A stretch of 32,000 bases of DNA from the NCBI GenBank assembly GCA_963704755.1, contig OY969938.1, positions 2,550,001 to 2,582,000 on the forward strand, read 5' to 3'. The DNA is from an uncultured Chloroflexia bacterium (lineage in GTDB: Bacteria > Chloroflexota > Anaerolineae > Anaerolineales > Anaerolineaceae). The notes beneath the pieces are model-generated. The model did not search any database and was not told the origin of the DNA. It saw only the letters and a program-made list of their open reading frames with translations. Both the position numbers and the translations under genes were made by a program. Below, piece by piece: positions 17,739 through 25,689 of this stretch. The stretch's first letter is position 1, and each line of letters opens with the position of its first letter.

Positions 17739-20700
17739 ATGGTCCACCATCACCGCGCCTGGAATGCAATTTTAGCTGCATTCCTAGTCATTGCTGCCGG
17801 GAATTTCATGGCGAGTCCCCTTACAGTCCTGGCGGATACAAGTGCTCAAACCCTTCCTTTTACTCAAGATTGGTCCAATGCCGATCTGATCACCACTGAC
17901 AACGAGTGGAGCGGTGTATCAGGTATTGTCGGCTATGCGGGAAACGGGCTTGTCTCGAGTTCTAATGTTAATCCCCAAACCATCCTGGCGGATGGGACCG
18001 GAACGCATATTAATGTAAAAGCCAACCGCAGCGACCCCGATTCGTTTTCAACCTACGGCGTTACTGAATTCGACGGGATTGCGAACCCGGCCATCGGCCT
18101 GGCAGGTGCCACCGGTTCGGCCGATGCTCCCTTCATTTTAATTAGCCTGGACACCAGCGGCTTCGAGAATATTCGCGTCCAATACAATGTCCGCGACCTG
18201 GACGCCAGCAACCGTAACACCACCCAGCAGGTTGCCCTGCACTACCGCGTCGGCGCAACCGGTAATTTCACCAATATTCCTGGGGGATATATCGCTGATG
18301 CCACCAGCCAAGACTCGGCTACCCAGGTTTTCTCCATCGACGAGGTGTTACCGGCAAATGCGGATGACCAATCCCTGGTTCAGGTGCGCATCCTGACGAG
18401 CAACGCCAATGGTACCGATGAATGGGTCGGTATCGACAACATCTCTATCACCGGCGACGAAATTATCTACGACGATGCGCCATCCGTCTCGGCAACCACT
18501 CCGGACGAAGATAGCCAGAATGTCGCTACCGGCGCGCCCCTGACGGTCACCTTCAGCGAACCGGTCACGCTTGCAGCCGGTTGGTTCACGCTGACCTGCG
18601 ACAGCACGGATATAGATGCAGCTTACTCCGGCAGCGACAGCAGCTACACCATCACGCCATCGTCCAGCCTGCCAACTGGGGCAGCCTGCACCTTGACCGT
18701 CCTGGCCGAAGGGGTCACGGACGTGGACGATGACGACCCACCCGATCACCTGGCCGCCGATTTCACCCTGGATTTCACCACCACCCCCTGCGGCGCCAAT
18801 TATACTGCCATCAACCAGGTCCAGGGCTCCGGCACAGCCAGCCTGCAGACCGGCAAGTCACCCACCCTGGAAGGAATTGTGACCGCCCGGTTCGATGGCG
18901 ACGATCAACTGGGCGGCTTTTTTCTGCAAAGCCTGGCGGAGGACGAAGATACAGACGAAGCCACCTCGGAGGGCATTTTCATCTACACCGGCGCAAACCC
19001 GCCGTACACATTTTCGGTAGGAGACGAAGTGCGTATCGCTGGGCAGGTGAAAGAATATGATAGCAGCGCCAGCGCCTTTGGCCAGATGGACCACATGACC
19101 GAGCTGGTGATGACCCCCACCGATGAGCACAGCCTGCTGGTCTGCTCGAGCGGCCATTCCGTGGCGGCGAAATCGATCAGCCTGCCGCTGCCCGATGACC
19201 CGAACACTTTCCTGGAACGGTACGAAGGCATGCTGGTGACCTTCACCGGCGGCGAAGACGGCCTGTATGTCCAGCAAAATGCCTATCAGGGCCGCTTCGG
19301 CCAGTTGACCGTGGCCGTCGCCGGGCTATACGCGCGGGTATTCAACCCAAACAACGTCAGTGACTCGGCTACAGCGGCAGAGAACCTCCAGCGCATTTTT
19401 GTTCTCGATGATGGCAGCAATTTACAGAACCCAACCCTGGTCCCATATTATGATATGGCCAATCCCCTGCGGGCCGGTGACCATATCGAGCCGGTCACCG
19501 GTGTGCTGGATCAAGGCAAAGTCAGTTCGACCTCAGTCAGTTCGGCAGATTTTGTCGATGGCTACCCCGATATCTTCTACCGGCTGCACCCCACTGCTGC
19601 GCCGCTCTTCACCCCGGCCAGCGCGCGGGCGGACCTGGCCACCCCACCCGATGTGGGCGGCGAGCTAAAAGTCGCCGGCTTCAATCTGCATAACTTCTTT
19701 ACCAGCCTGGATGACGGCTCAGCGCCTACCCCGCCTTATAACTCGGGCGCTACTCCGCGTGGCGCCGATACTGCCGCCGAACGCGAGCGCCAGTTGCAAA
19801 AGCTGGTCACCGCCATCAGCGCCTTAGACGCCGATGTACTCGGGCTGGTCGAAGTCGAGGCCTGGGAGGAAGCCGCTGCGCTGCCGGCCCTGGTCGATGC
19901 GCTCAACGATCACGCCGGCGCTCTGGTCTACACCGCCATCAGCTATCCGGATGGCTTTCCCCAGCCGCCCGAAGATGGCGACTTCATTAAAGTGGCCTTG
20001 ATCTACAAACACACCAGCGTCACTGCCCTTGGCAGCGCCAGGATCGATCCGGATCCGCTCAATTCACGCGTCCCCCTGGCGCAGACCTTCCGCTCCAAGG
20101 CCGATGGCGAGATCTTCTCGGTGATCGTCAACCACTTCAAGTCCAAAAGCGACTGCCCCAACCTCACAGACGACCCGCTCAACGTTGACCTGGGCCAGGG
20201 CTGCTGGAACGCGCTGCGCACCCAGCAGGCCGCGCAATTGTCGCATTTCGTCGATGCCGTTGTGGCCGCCTCAGGCGACCCGGACGTGCTGGTCATCGGT
20301 GACCTGAATGCTTACGGCGGCGAGGATCCGCTGGCGACCCTGACAGGCTACGGCCTGGTGGACCAGCTCGCCCGTTTCGTTCCGGCCGAGAGCCGCTACA
20401 GCTACATCTTCGACGGCCAGGCCGGCTACCTGGACCATGCCCTGGCGACGGCTAACCTGAGCGACCAGGTCAGCGGCGCGGCTTTCTGGCACATCAACGC
20501 CGACGAGCCGGCTTTTATCGATTTCGATCAGGATTACAACCCGGCCGGCTACTTCGACAGTGAGAGCCCCTTCCGCGCTTCTGACCACGACCCCACCCTG
20601 GCCGGGCTGACCCTGCAAAGTACTGCCCCAAGCCTGTCGGTCCAACCGCCTACGCTATCCGCCGGCAGGCTGGAATTTGCCCTGGAGGTGAACAACCCGC

Positions 20701-21056
20701 CCGACGGCTCGGCCATTCCCGAGGCATTTTATACATTGAAGTTTACTGCCACCAGCCTGGCCGAAGTGATGGCGGTTGAATTTTACGACCCTGCCACAAG
20801 CGCCTGGACCCCGGTCGGGCTTGAGGCGAGTGAGGAAAATGTAATCGCGAGTATCGATCCGGAATGCGCCGGCTTATTCCCGGCCAACCATAATGTTACG
20901 GCAAGGTTTCGGGTAACCCTGGCGCACCCGGCCAGCTACAACATCAGCTTCTACCTGAGCAACTCTTCGCTGGCCGGCGGCCCGGTCCTGTCCGAGGTCA
21001 CGGCCTCTGCAAAGGAAGATGAATTTCTCGTGTTTTTACCCGTGGTCATATACTAA
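17739..21056 (+). CDS. Secreted ExeM/NucH-like extracellular nuclease (endonuclease/exonuclease/phosphatase fold) with N-terminal accessory domains
   Basis: The preferred start is ATG 17739 (GGGAGGA upstream), which gives the signal peptide MVHHHRAWNAILAAFLVIAAGNFMASPLTVLA. There is an Ig-like block DDAPSVSATTPDEDSQNVATGAPLTVTFSEPV. The ...YTAINQVQGSG...GIVTARF...GGFFLQ segment is typical of ExeM/NucH proteins. EEP motifs are LKVAGFNLHNFF and ...FRASDHDP. The track start at 17676 adds 21 unlikely residues. Confidence 0.8.
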   Translation: MVHHHRAWNAILAAFLVIAAGNFMASPLTVLADTSAQTLPFTQDWSNADLITTDNEWSGVSGIVGYAGNGLVSSSNVNPQTILADGTGTHINVKANRSDPDSFSTYGVTEFDGIANPAIGLAGATGSADAPFILISLDTSGFENIRVQYNVRDLDASNRNTTQQVALHYRVGATGNFTNIPGGYIADATSQDSATQVFSIDEVLPANADDQSLVQVRILTSNANGTDEWVGIDNISITGDEIIYDDAPSVSATTPDEDSQNVATGAPLTVTFSEPVTLAAGWFTLTCDSTDIDAAYSGSDSSYTITPSSSLPTGAACTLTVLAEGVTDVDDDDPPDHLAADFTLDFTTTPCGANYTAINQVQGSGTASLQTGKSPTLEGIVTARFDGDDQLGGFFLQSLAEDEDTDEATSEGIFIYTGANPPYTFSVGDEVRIAGQVKEYDSSASAFGQMDHMTELVMTPTDEHSLLVCSSGHSVAAKSISLPLPDDPNTFLERYEGMLVTFTGGEDGLYVQQNAYQGRFGQLTVAVAGLYARVFNPNNVSDSATAAENLQRIFVLDDGSNLQNPTLVPYYDMANPLRAGDHIEPVTGVLDQGKVSSTSVSSADFVDGYPDIFYRLHPTAAPLFTPASARADLATPPDVGGELKVAGFNLHNFFTSLDDGSAPTPPYNSGATPRGADTAAERERQLQKLVTAISALDADVLGLVEVEAWEEAAALPALVDALNDHAGALVYTAISYPDGFPQPPEDGDFIKVALIYKHTSVTALGSARIDPDPLNSRVPLAQTFRSKADGEIFSVIVNHFKSKSDCPNLTDDPLNVDLGQGCWNALRTQQAAQLSHFVDAVVAASGDPDVLVIGDLNAYGGEDPLATLTGYGLVDQLARFVPAESRYSYIFDGQAGYLDHALATANLSDQVSGAAFWHINADEPAFIDFDQDYNPAGYFDSESPFRASDHDPTLAGLTLQSTAPSLSVQPPTLSAGRLEFALEVNNPPDGSAIPEAFYTLKFTATSLAEVMAVEFYDPATSAWTPVGLEASEENVIASIDPECAGLFPANHNVTARFRVTLAHPASYNISFYLSNSSLAGGPVLSEVTASAKEDEFLVFLPVVIY

Positions 21057-21077
21057 TATTGTTGCGATAGTGAATTG

Positions 21078-21163
21078 TTTGTAACTTTGCAGCCTGATGG
21101 GTAAGAACCCCGAATTTGAGATGCTTGCCCGGGCGAAGCCCGGGCAAGCATCTCAAATTCGGG
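21078..21163 (+). repeat. Module-plus-hairpin unit (CCGAATTTGAG type) between the convergent nuclease and response-regulator genes
   Basis: The module is TTGTAA (21079-84), 17 nt, then TAAGAA (21102-07). It is followed by a perfect 26-bp stem, 21109-21134 pairing with 21138-21163 (cccgaatttgagatgcttgcccgggc gaa gcccgggcaagcatctcaaattcggg). Confidence 0.8.
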
Positions 21164-21184
21164 AGATCTATTCGGCTGTTTCCT

Positions 21185-21868
21185 CTACGCCCCCTCCAGG
21201 CGATAGCCGTACCCGCGCACGGTGAGGATGTACCGCGGCTCATCGGGGTGCGGCTCGATTTTTTTGCGCAGCAGCCAGACGTAACGCCGCACAGTGGTTG
21301 TATTTTCCTGGCGGTAGGCCCCCCACACTTCACGCACCAGGTCGGCTTCGGCCACGGCCTGGCCCTGGCGGCGTAAGAGCACTTCCAGCAAGCGGAATTC
21401 GGTCGGCGTGAGGGCAATCACTTCTTCGCCCCGGCGGACCTCATGGCGGGCCAAATCAACCTGGAGATCGCCCACATTAAAGAGGTTATGGTCCTCTCTT
21501 TTGGGCTGGTGGACCCGGTTGAGCACCGCCTGGATGCGGGCGATCATCTCGGCAAAGCTGAACGGCTTGGTAATGTAGTCGTCCACTCCCAGGCGGAAAC
21601 CGCGCAGTTTATCCGCTTCCGAGCTTTTGGCGGTCAGCAGAATGATCGGCAGATCCGACAGCTCGCGTAAACGGGCGGTCACTTCCCAGCCGTCCATGCC
21701 GGGCATCATCACGTCCAAAACAACCAGGTCGGGCTGCTCGCGGTAAGCCTGGCGCAGCGCTTCATTGCCGTTTTTGGCCGACACGACCTCGAAATTTTCC
21801 TGTTTCAAAAAATCGATCAAAAAACCCAACAGGGTCGGGTCGTCATCCACCACCAGGATTTTTGTCAT
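21185..21868 (-). CDS. OmpR/PhoB-family response regulator
   Basis: 227 aa. Receiver domain (ILVVDDD...DLVVLDVMMPGMDG...LTAK) plus a winged-helix output (LTPTEFRLLEVLL...TVRGYGYRL). Its ATG overlaps the kinase stop (ATGA at 21868..21865). Confidence 0.9.
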   Translation of the reverse strand: MTKILVVDDDPTLLGFLIDFLKQENFEVVSAKNGNEALRQAYREQPDLVVLDVMMPGMDGWEVTARLRELSDLPIILLTAKSSEADKLRGFRLGVDDYITKPFSFAEMIARIQAVLNRVHQPKREDHNLFNVGDLQVDLARHEVRRGEEVIALTPTEFRLLEVLLRRQGQAVAEADLVREVWGAYRQENTTTVRRYVWLLRKKIEPHPDEPRYILTVRGYGYRLEGA

Positions 21869-24126
21869 TGCGTTTCCCCTCTCTCTCCGGCCAGCGGCTG
21901 GGTAGCCTCGCTTTCATCCGCCAGGGGCAGCCAGCAGGTAAAGCAGGCGCCCCCGCTAGGGCGGTTTTCAACGCTGACCTGGCCTTGCATGGCTTCCAGC
22001 AGGCGTTTGACGATGTATAATCCCAGGCCGTGCCCATATACGGTCTGGCTGTCTTCGCTGTTGGAGCGGTAAAACCGTTCGAACAGGTAAGGCAGGGATG
22101 CAGCGCTGATGCCCGGGCCATGATCGCTGACTTTGATCCAGGCCCTGCCGTCCTGGCTGCCGCCGCTCACTTCGATCGGGCCGGAGGGCGCGTACTTGAA
22201 AGCGTTATCCAGCAGGTGAAAAAGCACGCTGGTCAAGGCCTGTTCGTCCGCCAGCAGGCTGGGGCCGTCTTCGGCCAGTTCCCAGACCACACGTTCCGCG
22301 CCGGGCAGGTGCGCGATCTGGTTTTTCAGCGAGTGGACGATCCCACCCAGACCCATCGGAGCCGGGTAAAGGGGCAAACGGCCGGCGTCCAGGGCGGAGA
22401 TGTCCAGGATAGTCTCGACGAAGCGGGTCAGGCGCTGGATCTCGGCCCGCACCAGACGCAGGACCTGGCTGGAGCGGTCACCCAATGGCCGGGTGCCATA
22501 AACCAGCAGCTCGATCCCGCTGTTGATATTGGTCAGCGGGGCGCGCAGCTCGTGCGAAACCAGCGAGACAAAGTCCGATTTCAGCCGGTCGAGCTGCTGC
22601 AAGGCCTGGTTCTGAGCCTCCAGGCGGGCATACGCCTGGCTGAGGTCGTTGGTCTTTTCCATCACCCGCTTTTCCAGCCCGGCATTCAGGATTTCCAATT
22701 CGGTGTGGTCGGCCGCGATCTGGCGGTAGGCCGTCTGCAAATCGGCCTGTTGTTGTTTTTGCAGGCTCAAGTCGTGGGCCGTCCCCGCCAGGGCCAGGCG
22801 CTCCCAGGTGGATCCGCCCGGGATGGCCGGCAGCACCGGCCGTAGGGATAGAAACGCCGGGAGAGTCGAGCCATCTTTACGGTGCAGCTCGATCTCGGCC
22901 GACCAGCCCGCCTCGCCTCCATCCAGGCCGGCCGGCCGGCGGCCCAGGCCGACCAGGGCGGCTGTGTCCTGACCGGTGGCGATGAGCAAGTCGAGGGGAT
23001 GCCCCAGCAATTCCGTTTCACGGTCGTAGCCGGTCGCGGCCAGCAGAGCCGGGTTGACCAGGCTGAAGCGCCCGCGCGCATCGCAAACGAAGGCCGGCTC
23101 GGCCACGCTGCTGACCAGGCTGGCATACTGCTGGAATTCGAGCTCGCCGGCCAGAATCCCCTGGCGGGCGATCAGCACCAGGGCCAGCAGGAAGGTGCCC
23201 CACAGGCCGATCGGGTTGATCAGGTTGTTCAGGCGCCAGTCCAGAACGGCAAACCAGCCTAACAGGATGGTCACCAACAGCGGCACGAGCGAGCGCAGCC
23301 GGCCGAGCCACTGGCGGGTGGCCATTCCAATGCGGTCACTGGCATTTACCCCCAGGCGGACCTGCACCAAAGCAGCGGCGGTCATGGCCAGGTTGCCGGC
23401 CACCCACCCCAGGTCGACCGGGCTGCCGGACTGGTAGCTCCCCTTCGATATAAATGAACCGTAAGCCAGGTCGCTCAACGAAAAGGCCAGCAGCGCCAGG
23501 TTGATCCACCAGAAGGACGCCATCCCCCGTTCCGGCATGCCGGCCAAAAACAGGTTGACCATGATCAGCAGCAAGGCCAGGTCGCAGAACGGCGAAACCA
23601 GGTTGATCCAGGCGGCCGGCGTGGATAGAGCCCCCAGTTGTGGTTTGATGAACAAAAGATAAATCATCGCCAGCAGGGCAGCGGAGGTGACCCCAATGTC
23701 GATGCCCAGGCGCAGCCGGGCCGGCTGGTAAAACGCGGACCGCCGGAAACACAGCAGCCCTACCGCCAGCAAGATGGCCCCGCACAGGTACAACGCAGCC
23801 AGCGCGTTGGAAAATTCAGCGGAATCAGGTGCAATGGCCGCCCCGCTGACTCGCAGCGAGCCACAGGCAAACCAGAGCCACAAACCGGCTGCCAGCCAGG
23901 TCCAGGCCGTGCGCAAAGGCCGCCTGGTTCGCCAGGCGGCCCAACTGGCCAGCCCCGCGCCCGACAGAGCAGTCGCAAGGATGGTCAGGCTGCCGATCCA
24001 CGTCCGTTCGGCGGGATCGCTGCGTCCCCACAACAGCCAGGCCAGGTAGAACAACATGAATACCGACCCGGCAGCGAAGAGCAGCCACCGGTCATTCCTG
24101 GCCTGGGGGCGTGGGGTTAAGGACAT
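21865..24126 (-). CDS. Sensor histidine kinase with a large multi-pass membrane N-terminal domain and a PAS-like region
   Basis: 753 aa with about nine hydrophobic helices in the first ~330 aa. H-box SHELRAPLTNI, N-box LLDNAFKYA, G-boxes DHGPGI and GHGLGL. Confidence 0.88.
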   Translation of the reverse strand: MSLTPRPQARNDRWLLFAAGSVFMLFYLAWLLWGRSDPAERTWIGSLTILATALSGAGLASWAAWRTRRPLRTAWTWLAAGLWLWFACGSLRVSGAAIAPDSAEFSNALAALYLCGAILLAVGLLCFRRSAFYQPARLRLGIDIGVTSAALLAMIYLLFIKPQLGALSTPAAWINLVSPFCDLALLLIMVNLFLAGMPERGMASFWWINLALLAFSLSDLAYGSFISKGSYQSGSPVDLGWVAGNLAMTAAALVQVRLGVNASDRIGMATRQWLGRLRSLVPLLVTILLGWFAVLDWRLNNLINPIGLWGTFLLALVLIARQGILAGELEFQQYASLVSSVAEPAFVCDARGRFSLVNPALLAATGYDRETELLGHPLDLLIATGQDTAALVGLGRRPAGLDGGEAGWSAEIELHRKDGSTLPAFLSLRPVLPAIPGGSTWERLALAGTAHDLSLQKQQQADLQTAYRQIAADHTELEILNAGLEKRVMEKTNDLSQAYARLEAQNQALQQLDRLKSDFVSLVSHELRAPLTNINSGIELLVYGTRPLGDRSSQVLRLVRAEIQRLTRFVETILDISALDAGRLPLYPAPMGLGGIVHSLKNQIAHLPGAERVVWELAEDGPSLLADEQALTSVLFHLLDNAFKYAPSGPIEVSGGSQDGRAWIKVSDHGPGISAASLPYLFERFYRSNSEDSQTVYGHGLGLYIVKRLLEAMQGQVSVENRPSGGACFTCWLPLADESEATQPLAGERGETQ

Positions 24127-24166
24127 GCCTTCATTTTACCGATCCCGGTGAGGGGATGCAAGGAGA

Positions 24167-24502
24167 GTGTCGGGTGTCGGGTGTCGGGTGTCGGAGTGTC
24201 AAGCGCGTGTTTCCGTGTTACAGTTTTACAGTGTTTCAGTGCATTCGGGACATGTGCCTGGCTAAGTAGGCGAGGCACTGAATCACAGTGAAAAGGATAG
24301 CAGTTCTCGCGCATAGCCTGGTAACCAAAGCACTGAATCACTGCGACAACGAAACACTTTATCTATGAAAGCTGGTCGCGCACTTGGCTTTGCAGGCAAG
24401 ACACCGAACCACTTTATCCATGAAAGCCGGTCACGCGCTCAACCTGGTAACCAAAGCACTGAATCACTGAGACACTGTAACACGGTATCACGCCCCCGAC
24501 AC
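24167..24502. repeat. Repeat-rich, inverted-repeat-bounded intergenic element (MITE-like or regulatory)
   Basis: - GTGTCGG x4 in tandem (24167-24194).
- Imperfect ~45-bp terminal inverted repeats (24188-24242 vs 24456-24502), each built of three 8-nt xTxCAGTx steps.
- A perfect 27-bp direct repeat cctggtaaccaaagcactgaatcactg (24317-24343 and 24443-24469).
- A 29-bp direct repeat matching at 25/29 (24355-24383 and 24410-24438).
- A 12-mer GCACTGAATCAC x3 (24275, 24330, 24456) plus an inverted near-copy at 24231-24242. Confidence 0.8.
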
Positions 24503-25252
24503 TTATCTTTTCTCCAACCGATCGCAGTAAATGCGGATCGCGCTGCGCATAAAGGTGGGTAGATCGGGGTGGATGCGGGTGAAATTGGCGTTGAAGTCGG
24601 GGTTCTCGTAGTACATTTCACCCAACCCGCGTAATCGTTGGATATCCGGCTCGTAGAAATAGCGCAGGTGGCGATGCCAGCGGGTCAAGATGGCCTGCAC
24701 GGCCGGGCTGCCCGGGCCGCCATCCATGGCGGTCACCAGGTCGCGGTAGATCGCATTGCCTTCGGCCAGGATGGCCTGTTGTTCTTCTTTGGTGTAGCTG
24801 GCCCAATCCCGCACGCCTTCGAAAGCCTTTTCGCCGTACTTCTCGCGGATTTCTTGTTCGTATTGCTTTTGTTTCTCGCTGCTAAAACCTCCAAAAAGGT
24901 TTACGTCGTCCATGGCAGTGTTTCCTTTCACATATTGGATCGTCCGGTCAACCGTCTCGATAAGCAGCCCCAGGCGGTCCACTTCATCCATTAATGCGGA
25001 CCGGTGTCTTTCAAGGGCGCCTACCAAATCGTAGCCCGGCTGGTTGACAGCCGACTTGATCTCATCCAGGCTCAACCCAACTTCCTTGTAAAACAGGATC
25101 TGCTGCAGCTTGAGCATGGCCGGTTCTTCGTAATAACGGTAACCGTTGCTGCCAACAGAGGTCGGGGAGAGCAGGCCGATCTCGTCGTAGTAGTGCAGGG
25201 TCCGTATACTGACGCCTGCCAGGTCGGCTAATTTCTTGACGGTGTACACCAT
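24503..25252 (-). CDS. MerR-family regulator with a TipAS-like C-terminal domain
   Basis: 249 aa. N-terminal MerR HTH YTVKKLADLAGVSIRTLHYYDEIGLLSP...GYRYY. The C-terminal helical domain (...YYENPDFNANFTRIHPDLPTFMRSAIRIYCD) resembles TipAS/Mta antibiotic-recognition domains. Confidence 0.85.
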   Translation of the reverse strand: MVYTVKKLADLAGVSIRTLHYYDEIGLLSPTSVGSNGYRYYEEPAMLKLQQILFYKEVGLSLDEIKSAVNQPGYDLVGALERHRSALMDEVDRLGLLIETVDRTIQYVKGNTAMDDVNLFGGFSSEKQKQYEQEIREKYGEKAFEGVRDWASYTKEEQQAILAEGNAIYRDLVTAMDGGPGSPAVQAILTRWHRHLRYFYEPDIQRLRGLGEMYYENPDFNANFTRIHPDLPTFMRSAIRIYCDRLEKR

Positions 25253-25268
25253 TGCAACCTCGCTTGAA

Positions 25269-25299
25269 AGGATAAACTATAACGTAACGTAAATGTCAA
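25269..25299 (-). promoter_or_regulatory. MerR-type promoter with a 19-bp spacer upstream of the MerR-family gene
   Basis: The minus strand reads TTGACA (25299..25294), a 19-nt spacer tttacgttacgttatagtt containing repeated ACGT dyads, then TATCCT (25274..25269). The ATG at 25252 follows ~16 nt later. An over-long 19-bp spacer is the hallmark of MerR-activated promoters. Confidence 0.4.
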
Positions 25300-25304
25300 G
25301 GGTA

Positions 25305-25367
25305 TTGTAGCAGAAAGTGGGTATTTTGGTTGTTTTTCGTATGCTTCACATGCGAAAAACAACCAAA
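25305..25367 (+). repeat. Module-plus-hairpin unit U1 (shortened module; TTTTTCG...CGAAAAA hairpin)
   Basis: The module remnant is ttgtagcagaaagtgggta. The 19-bp stem is 25325-25343 pairing with 25349-25367 (tttggttgtttttcgtatg cttca catgcgaaaaacaaccaaa), with one G-T wobble. Confidence 0.7.
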
Positions 25368-25372
25368 GAAAA

Positions 25373-25457
25373 CTGTAATTGCCCAACCAAACGGGTTAGA
25401 ACCTCGAATTTGATATGTTTGCGCGGGCTTTGACCGCGCAAACATATCAAATTCGAG
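25373..25457 (+). repeat. Module-plus-hairpin unit U2
   Basis: CTGTAA (25373-78), 17 nt, then TTAGAA (25396-401). A perfect 24-bp stem follows, 25403-25426 pairing with 25434-25457 (ctcgaatttgatatgtttgcgcgg gctttga ccgcgcaaacatatcaaattcgag). Confidence 0.8.
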
Positions 25458-25547
25458 TACTTTCTTGTATAGGGCTGAGTTGATATGAAAACGATCATTG
25501 CCATACCGTATCACATCGCTTACTTTTTGATATAATTCTTAATCATC

Positions 25548-25630
25548 TTTGTAACTGCTCAGCTTAAATGGTAAGAATTCCGAATTTGAGGTATTTGCGG
25601 TTGAATATCCTGCAAATACCTCAAATTCGG
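25548..25630 (+). repeat. Module-plus-hairpin unit U3, 60 nt upstream of dnaN
   Basis: TTGTAA (25549-54), 17 nt, then TAAGAA (25572-77). A 19-bp perfect stem follows, 25580-25598 pairing with 25612-25630 (ccgaatttgaggtatttgc ... gcaaatacctcaaattcgg). Confidence 0.8.
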
Positions 25631-25689
25631 GAACTCCCTTAACATGAGCCTGGGAAGTTAACATCTTTCATCAGGAAGGCGGCTAATTT

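Noticed and set aside
21865-24126. Many long ORFs overlapping the histidine kinase gene in other frames or strands, for example 22030..22845 (271 aa), 23336..23785, 23638..24120 and 22767..23126.
   Set aside because: They are Arg/Pro/Gly/Ala-rich translations typical of off-frame reading of GC-rich coding DNA. They have no motifs or SD sites and are fully nested in a gene with clear H, N and G boxes. The same applies to ORFs antisense to the WYL gene (6235..6618, 6434..6802), to the recombinase (16053..16829) and to the zinc-ribbon operon (27730..28659, 28629..29228).
25296-25514. 72-aa ORF on the minus strand upstream of dnaN. Also 8568..8753 (61 aa) and 26848..27036 (62 aa).
   Set aside because: Each is read straight through the long palindromic repeats, so both arms are translated. 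None has a plausible RBS. They are intergenic repeat DNA.
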